Part shown: piece after piece, positions 55,480 to 64,000 of the stretch
Layout of the letters: each line of letters starts with the position of its first letter
Numbering within the stretch: the first letter of the stretch is position 1
Source: Octopus vulgaris
Taxonomy: Eukaryota
Assembly: GCA_951406725.2 (NCBI GenBank)
Contig: OX597820.1
Coordinates: 125,860,001 to 125,924,000, forward strand
Direction of reading: 5' to 3'
Length of the DNA: 64,000 nucleotides
Notes under the pieces: generated by a model
Seen by the model: only the letters and a program-made list of their open reading frames with translations
Database searches by the model: none
What the model was told of the DNA's origin: nothing
Program-made: the position numbers and the translations under genes

Positions 55480-56385
55480 ACGCGAAATTTCTCTAACATG
55501 ATCATGGATGAAATTAATTACACCGCCGACGGAAACTTTACTGCTGCATCAATAAGCTTTCCGAGACGTCGGAGGTACTCCTCTCATTATACTTGGATTC
55601 TTGATCTAAAGCAAGATCTATTTCGATATTATGAAAAATCCCGTTCAGACCTTACTGTGGGGTATATGAAGCGGTTACCAAAAATGGTGGGGTGGATCTC
55701 ACATCAACTTATGTTATTCTTAACACGATTTCGAAAAATTCCAACAGCTGTATTGATAAAATATATTGACAATGTCGCTGGGGTGTAAATAAAAGTATGT
55801 GATGTAAATTACTGGAATATTAATACCCTTATATACACAGTTACTATCACTCTTAAAGAACACCTAACAAATGTTTGCAGCGAACGCGACAATGAAACAA
55901 CTGAACGCAAGCAAAGTAGATGGAAAGCAAAATTTGGAGAAAACCGGAACAATGTGCAACGCCATATTGGATGGTTAACCAAAATATTAAAATGTAAGAG
56001 GAATAATAAGTTAACAATAAGTTAACACCTCACCAATAGCATTTTTGAATAAATTAACAAAACCCTGTGGTTATTCTTCACACAAAATCTTCAAAGGTAT
56101 CTAATTGATGGATATTGGTATAAGAGTATGGTATTTTGCAGGAAACTACTAATATGTATATACAAACGTACTATTGCAGATCAGATTGACGCATCAAGGT
56201 AGCTTGCACGAACACATATTGTAGCCAAGAATAAAACCATCAAACTGGCTGAAAACTATAGGCCCATTGCTTGACTAAACGTTATGTACAAACTGTACAC
56301 CAGCTATATCAAACAATTCCTTCAGGATCATTGTGAATAGAAGAACATAGTGACTGAGGAGCAAGCCGGTGGAAAGACTCAAAAG
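55480..56385 (+). mobile_element. R4/Dong-clade non-LTR fragment (pre-RT region and RT N-terminus)
   Basis: IDGYWYKS and ENYRPIA*LNVMYKLYTS...HCE*KNIVTEEQAGGK. Confidence 0.8.
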
Positions 56386-56509
56386 TTAATGAATAAAGCA
56401 AGATACTTACCTTCAAAACAACCTTGCTACCAAGCAGGCAGGTGGTCAAAATTTATTCTGAATTAAAAGGAGAAAGACTGCATAAATATAGACATGCATG
56501 CATGCATTT

Positions 56510-56918
56510 TTGGGATTGTGTGGTAAGAAGCTTGGTTCCCAACCAAATGGTTCCGTATTCAGTTCCACTGCGTGGCAATTTGGGCAGGTGTCTTCTACTG
56601 TAGCCTCGGGCCAACCAAAGCCTTGTGAGTGGATTTGGTAGGCGGAAACTGAAAGATGATCGTCATGTGTATGTATGTGAATATATATATATATATATCA
56701 TATATATATATTTGTGTGGCTGTGTGTCCTCCCACCATCGCTTAACAACCGATGTTAGTGTGGTTACGTGCCCGTAACTTTGTAGTTCCGCAAAAGAGAC
56801 CGATAGAACAAGTACTACGCTTACAAAGAATAAGCCCAGTGGTTGAGCTGTTGGACTAAAGGCGGTGCTCCAACATGGCCGCTTTCAAATGACTGAAATA
56901 AGCAAAGGAGTAAAAGAA
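56510..56918 (+). mobile_element. SINE family 2, near full length
   Basis: Homology to 6629-7043. Confidence 0.85.
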
Positions 56919-56947
56919 TATGTATACACATATACACACACACATAA

Positions 56948-57040
<93 letters not shown>

Positions 57041-57118
57041 TAGATATACATATAGATATATATATATGTATATATGTATATATACATATATATACATATA
57101 TACATACATATATATATA

Positions 57119-57162
<44 letters not shown>

Positions 57163-57236
57163 ATAAATCAAAAATGAATTAAATAAACAACCATACAGTA
57201 AATACACACCGAATGTTAATACACACACACAAACAA

Positions 57237-57317
<81 letters not shown>

Positions 57318-57744
57318 GATAGATATATAGATAGATAGATACATAGATAGATAGATATATAGAAACACATAAGCACATCTATACATGCACTTATAATTAT
57401 ATATATTATATATATACGTATAAGCAAAATTTAGGTTATTAAAAATATATTTGAGACATCTTTCAACTGCTAAAAGGTAATTTCACTGCAGTTACCGTGG
57501 AGAAAATATTTGTCTTATGGTAAAAAATTGTTAAAACATCCGGCTTGTTCAGAGTCGCCATCTATCAGGAATCTCAGACATCGATTTTTCGAGAACCCTG
57601 ACTCTTGGCAAAAGGATGTACCTATGATAGGTACATCCTATCTGAGCAAATTTGTAAAGCATAGCTTTATGTAAAATTCAATCAGATTCTCTTTCTTCCT
57701 CTCTCCACCCCCTCTCTATATATGTATGTGTGTGTGTGTGTGTC

Positions 57745-57775
<31 letters not shown>

Positions 57776-59294
57776 TGACAGACAGACAGAGAGGGGGCAG
57801 AAGAACTGGAAGAGAGACGGAGACATGTATACATTGTGGTTTTCTAATCGATTTTGAATGAATTCACTTAATCATTGCTCATGAAATAAATGGCTGTAAC
57901 ACACTTCATGCCACTTTTACCCTGAATAACTTACCAGCCTAGGTTGATGTATTATTTTTATGAGATATGTATCACATAACTTTCATAAGAGTCACACCAA
58001 TAGCAGCTCATCATTTATAAACTTGTCCAAAATTGACCGTCATTTGGCAGTAGATGGCAATATATTTGGAGATAAAGGTTAGCAGTACTCCACTGGTGGA
58101 AGCTACATGCTTTCAAGCATCATTATGTGTCTTCAGATAAATGTGCTTGAATGGAGATCTATTTCCATCTTTTAGTGGGTAACGTAGCTACAGAAATAGA
58201 CAGACTCTGTACCATGCCGATCTTCATTAGCCGGCAGTTTTAAAGCCTTGCATTTCATTGTTTGATGAAAACCTCGCGGTTACTCAATCTACCAGATTAT
58301 TGCCCTTGGTTTTAGAATTCCTTTCCCTTCTTTCTGTGTGTTGTGTTCACAATTATTAATGTTTGAAAACTTCAAATACTTGAGGTTGTTTATTGTGACA
58401 ATATGGTGATTTTTCTTTATTTGTACAGGATAGTTTTTTTCTTTATTTGTACAGGATAGTTTTACTAACAATAATAATTCCTCATAAATTAATATGCATT
58501 GTGTACCTGAAATTATCAACACTACTGTCATCATTGAAGGCATGCTTCCATTCTGGGACATTCCGCATTTTCCAACACTGCGATGACGCGAGCATTTGAG
58601 ATGGGATGATGCAAGATTTAGTATAGAGTTCCATGTTCTTGCCTTATCTGACTCGTTTCGCTGATCTCAGCTGCAAGTGAAGTCTTCTAAGTCCAGAAGT
58701 TATTTTTCGGGCAATCTAGAGAATGAGCTTCCAACATAGAGGGAGGGATTTAATACATCAAGCCCTTGAACATACCTGTTTGTACTCCTCCAAGAAAAAA
58801 ACTATTTGATGAAAGCATGGGAATCATTCTTTTCTAAATATCTTGTTCCATCTGAACCACACAGGTAAATTATCTACTATATTTATATGATTTCCATAAC
58901 AGAATGTGATTTGAATAACATTTAGCTGCTAATTACGCTCTAATTAGTTAACATCATATGTATGATAATAAATTCAAAATTTAAATACAATAGAACTGCT
59001 GGCGCCTCTTTTGAAAGTGCTATTTGAACGTGTAATCTCTACCAACAAAGTGTATATTGTAACGAGGTGCCTAAGTGCCCCTCATGCTAGGAAGAGTCAT
59101 TGATTTCAGTAGCTGTCATTAAAAATATAATTTTTATACAAACATTCCATGACAGTTAGTGTCATGGTACCCATCCACTACAGATTTAGGTATGAGAGTA
59201 TATTCAATCCGATCTACAATTTAGAAAACCATACGTCAGTTAATTGTCTTAACACATGGCTGTAATGATTTTCTTCCTCGTGTACTTATAACTA

Positions 59295-59600
59295 CTTGAG
59301 AGAAAAAGACCATCTTCGGTCATGAATGACCATGATATTGCACCCAGAAAGTTCCCCTCCAAGGCGCAAGACCGGGCAAGGTTGTTTATGGAAGACCAGC
59401 AATCCCCCAGGCATACCAGACTCCCATCTCCATGCCACCGATGTTATCCAAGGGAAAGGTAAAAACCGATGCGGTTTGGCACCAGTGACGTTGCAACTCA
59501 TTTCTACAGCTAAGCGAACTGGATCAATGTGAAATAAAATGTCTTGCTTAAGAGCACGACACACAGCTCAACTCTCTAACCATTGAGTCATGCGCCTTCA
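59295..59600 (-). mobile_element. tRNA-derived SINE (family 4) with GC-rich body
   Basis: Minus-strand head GAAGGCGCATGACTCAATGGTTAGAG followed by TGTGTCGTGCTCTTAAGCAAGACA. Confidence 0.7.
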
Positions 59601-62215
59601 CACAACTAAATGTACCCTGTCATTTAAAGGTTAAGTATCTTCGCTGTGGGCATAAATCAAACACAGGTTCATAGCTGACACGTATTGGGTCTTGTACATT
59701 TGTGTTTTTGCAGACCTTGCAGGCGATTTGTCGATCCAGTGAAAACACTTTTTACACATTGACTGTAAATCACTTTTGACTCTAAATTGAAGAAGTAAAA
59801 AATAATTCTAATTATACAAAACATTCGAATTTAAACACTACAAAACTATAAAAATATTTTATTTCTCAAACTGCCGTTACTAGATCTGACCATTTCATTG
59901 CAAATTGACAATCAGACTTTGATGAGGACTAAACCTTGCCTTGTGTTTTTTCTTTAAATATCAATGGAAATTAATGGTTGGAGACCCCTTTCATTTTTGG
60001 CAACGTCAAATGTGGCGTTGTAACTCTACTCTTAAAGCAAAAGTCATAGCTTTATTGTTAGCTTTTTATGCAATTTATTAATGTTCTGTTTGGTACGAGG
60101 TGTCAATCCCACAAACTTGAATATTTTAGAGAAATATTCCAAAAAGGTCCATTCTTAAAGTCTCAAAAAGACATTGTAGAAAAATATTGTATGAAAGAAA
60201 ATAATAAAATGGAGTATCAGTTCATGTTCAAATGTGTAGTTATTAACGATAAAATTCATCTAAGCGGAGGTTTTCATGTGAATGAATAGCTATAAACGCA
60301 ACGCTTTCACTTGTGTATCTGTCTGTTCCAATATTTCAGCTTTGCTTAATGCAAGTGTGTGAGCAATACATGTATGCGTGTATATGTGTGTACCACTCCA
60401 TGCATATGTGTGTGTATTTTGTGTAGGAGTGATAATTTTATCGATTCTTCATTATTAAAGACAGAAAAGAAAGCTGACCTAATGAATCGAATAAAAAGTG
60501 TCGTTTCATGTTCAAATTAAAGGGCTTCCTTCAATTTCTTATGATCCATTAAACCAGCGCTGTTATGTAGAGATGTTTAAGCTGTGTACTTAAGAATTGA
60601 TACTACCGGCTTTCATCTTTTGATAAAAGGACTAATGCTAGCCTTCAACGCATTATAGTGACTGAGAGGATGAAGGAAGAATACAGACAGAGTAAGCGAA
60701 AGAACTTATTGTTTTGCAATATAATGAAGCGTGAAATTGAATTTCAGTCGAGCCTGGACACTTCGACGGAGCAACGATCAATTTGTTCATTTCAGGAGCA
60801 ACAATTTGTCCTCATTTTCACTATTATGATTATCTGACCGCTTAACTGCTGTCTTCATTTCTCTTGATTAGTAGATTAGTATTTTTATGACTATTTTGTT
60901 GTAACATCAATTGGTTATATTGTATCAAAGCATTTAATGACACGGTTAAGCGACAGGGAAGCATTTAACACAAGTAATTTAATTTAATATTTCTTCTTGC
61001 TTTTCTAGTTTGTATCAGATTCACCACTTTTCCCATCTTCCTTAAATCTTATCCTAAAAAGCAACAAGAAAACGTTATTCGCGGATATTAATTATCATAA
61101 TCGATAGTTCCATCTTATGAAAAGAATTATAAAACAAAAGCAAAATGGTTTCAGTTTACAGAGATTTCTCTGTCATAAAATAGAAGTTCAGTATTTTATT
61201 CAGCATTTCAACAAACACTCTTCAATGGGGAACATAGGCAGGCCAATGGCAGGAATGGGTAAGCTGTGAGTTTTGAGATGAATGATTAAAATACAAGGTA
61301 TTGAATGCGAATAGTGGATGAAGTTGCTTAAAGAGAATAAGTATTAAATAGTTGGATGTCATATATCGTATATCACGATATAGTTATCATTGCTTAATTG
61401 AAGCAGTGGTCACTTTTGAATATCAAGGACTTCATACTAAACAATGATACGAGGTTTGAATGTAGGACACAAAAATGACTTCAGCGGAATCATTAGATTT
61501 TGTTTCTGATAATATACTCAAATTTCCTGTCTATTCAAATGTAAAACTGCTAATAATAAATAATAGAATTTCTTAAATTTCTATCAAGATAATACTCCTA
61601 TTTATTGATATAAGCTAAATGGAACTCTACGTGGTCTCTCGAACGGGTACAAATTGCAGCCAAAGTCATTTAGCTCAACACTACCCATTAAGGCGTGAGA
61701 AATGTATTCGTAGGTCTTAGACATACAAAAGTAACATTTAAATGCTTTCGCAGTAATGCAAAGGATCGAAGAAAAAATAAGTATATTACTCTTCTAGAGA
61801 AATGGTCTCAGATTATGTTTCGTAAAAAGATATATAATTTCCGGTAATATTTGCATAATTTTTCAAGTCTAACTTTAATGTTATATGATTGCATTTCTAC
61901 AATCCATAAAAAAAACAGCACTTTCCAGATATTTTTCTCCAAGTTTAAATGTGTACAACTGAAAGTCAAATATGCAGATATATATAAAACTGTAATTTTC
62001 AGTACTACTTCCAAAGCGATGAGAAGTTTTATTTGAGGAATATTTACCCTCTACGCGTCTAACACATCGATTATTTTCACAGAGGTCATCTTACACTGGG
62101 AGAAATATTATGAAGTATCGCTGTATGAAGAAAGCAAGACAAATGATATTCTCTGAGAGCATAAAACTGGTCTCTTTTTTCTCTCTCTCTCTCTCTCTCT
62201 GTCACTCTCTCTCCC

Positions 62216-62282
<67 letters not shown>

Positions 62283-62414
62283 CTCATAATCTATCCATTT
62301 ATCTATCTTCATATATATATATATAGATAGATAGATAGATAGATAGACAGACAGATAGATAGATATCAGCACATATACATACAAAAACAAATGCATATAC
62401 ATACATACATATAA

Positions 62415-62458
<44 letters not shown>

Positions 62459-62914
62459 TTGTGTGTATGTATGTATGTATGTATGTATGTATACGTATAT
62501 ATTTTATTTATGGGATAACAAGGATAACAGTGATTTTATGTAGGGAGGAATTTCTTAATAATCAAACCTTCTGCATAGGAACGTTGGTACTCGTATCCGT
62601 TATGGATGAGAAAAGACGAAATTATACGAGCATATGCAGGATTTTTAGGGAAGTATACATACATATAATGTAAGGTCATTTATAAGGAAACCTTAACAGT
62701 TGTTTACCTTGCATTGCTCCTGGGATCTTCACAGGGAACAGCGCTGAGCATGAATTTATTAATTACTTGAGAACACTCGTTTACCTACAAATGTACAAAT
62801 GCACAAGCGTGGGAACCCGCACGACCTGAATAATATGTGCACTCGCACAGACACACACACAGATGCTCAAGCACGCACAAATACACACACATATATATGT
62901 ATATACATATCTTC

Positions 62915-63080
62915 TCTTCTCTGGATCTTTCCTTCTCCTATATTTCCGACGAAGAGCTCCGCTCGAAACGTTAAACCCTCCTTCTTTCCTTCTTTCCTGA
63001 GCGTCCAATTATACTATATTTGTTCCACGTCCTCGCGTTGTTGTGTTTGTTTGTGCTTTCATGTTTGGATTAACTTTATA
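62915..63080 (+). mobile_element. Short HHR-bearing element, family A (HHR at 62942-62976)
   Basis: AUUU-CCGACGA-A-GAGC ucc GCUC-GAAA-CG-UU-AAAC. Confidence 0.8.
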
Positions 63081-63091
63081 TACATATATGT

Positions 63092-63135
<44 letters not shown>

Positions 63136-63140
63136 TCATA

Positions 63141-63860
63141 TCTATAAGAGGGAGGATGTGTGTGCGCGTGTGTGTGTGTACATGATTGTGATATATGCAC
63201 GTCCACAAATTAGCACGCATGTCGCTCAAATTTTAGGAGAACATTTGTCAACATCCTATCAGGGTTTTGTCAACTTTTTTTCCGAGGCACCCGTGGGTAG
63301 CGTAAATATCTATTCTCAGACATAGCTTTTAGCCACGAAAAATATCAGCCTTGGCTTTTTTCATTACGTGTAACACAAAAAAATTAGATAAAGAAAAGTG
63401 GAAGAAGGAGGCAGAGAGTTTCACGGGAAAGACAAAATGAGAGAGGGAGAGACAGAGAGAGAGAGAGTAAGTTATGACGTTCATAAAAAATAAAATGTAA
63501 AATGTTTTCTTTTTTGTTTTTGAAAGACACTAGATTTTACAATCATAGTATATATACTTTAGTGAAAATCGTGGGAGTGTTAATCTACAAATTTAACAAC
63601 ATTTTTTCCATTCATTTCTGTTTATGAACATGTATGCGTGCACAAAACATGCAATAGGTGTACGTACGTGTGTGTGTTCGTGTCTGATGCCCATATATAT
63701 GTATATTATATTATATATATATAATATATATAATATAACTAATTTCAACTGATTTCGCCCAAATTTGACGTCTACATTACTTAGTTTTGTTTGAAATAAA
63801 GAACTTGATTAGCTTAATAATCGTAACTTAATCCCGGGCAAGGCCGGGTAATACTGCTAG
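63141..63860 (+). mobile_element. Non-autonomous Helitron
   Basis: 5' A|TCTATAAGAG..., subterminal hairpin CCCGGGCAAGGCCGGG (63833-63848), 3' CTAG|T; no TSD. Confidence 0.75.
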
Positions 63861-63908
63861 TATATATATATATTATATATATATATATATATACGTGTGT
63901 GTGTATAC

Positions 63909-64000
<92 letters not shown>

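Overview
AT-rich, repeat-dense eukaryotic (animal) DNA with no intact protein-coding gene. The mix of very dense (TA)n/(CA)n/(GATA)n microsatellites and these tRNA-derived SINE families strongly suggests a coleoid cephalopod (Octopus-like) genome; this is an inference from repeat content. Most ORFs in the track are microsatellite artefacts. The recognisable content is decayed transposons: Tc1/mariner DNA transposons, Penelope-like elements (PLE; RT and GIY-YIG remnants), R4/Dong-type non-LTR fragments, a Ty3/gypsy gag remnant, a non-autonomous Helitron and at least four SINE families. The most notable hidden layer is about 17 hammerhead-ribozyme (HHR)-like motifs, about 12 of them well formed, from at least six distinct short non-coding PLE-terminal-repeat-like families. 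They include catalytic-core variants (extra nucleotide after A9, A6U, U3-A8 covariation, CUCAUGG), versions with a long stem II, a retrozyme-like 462-nt direct-repeat unit and inverted HHR pairs. All structures were folded by eye and none has been tested for cleavage.
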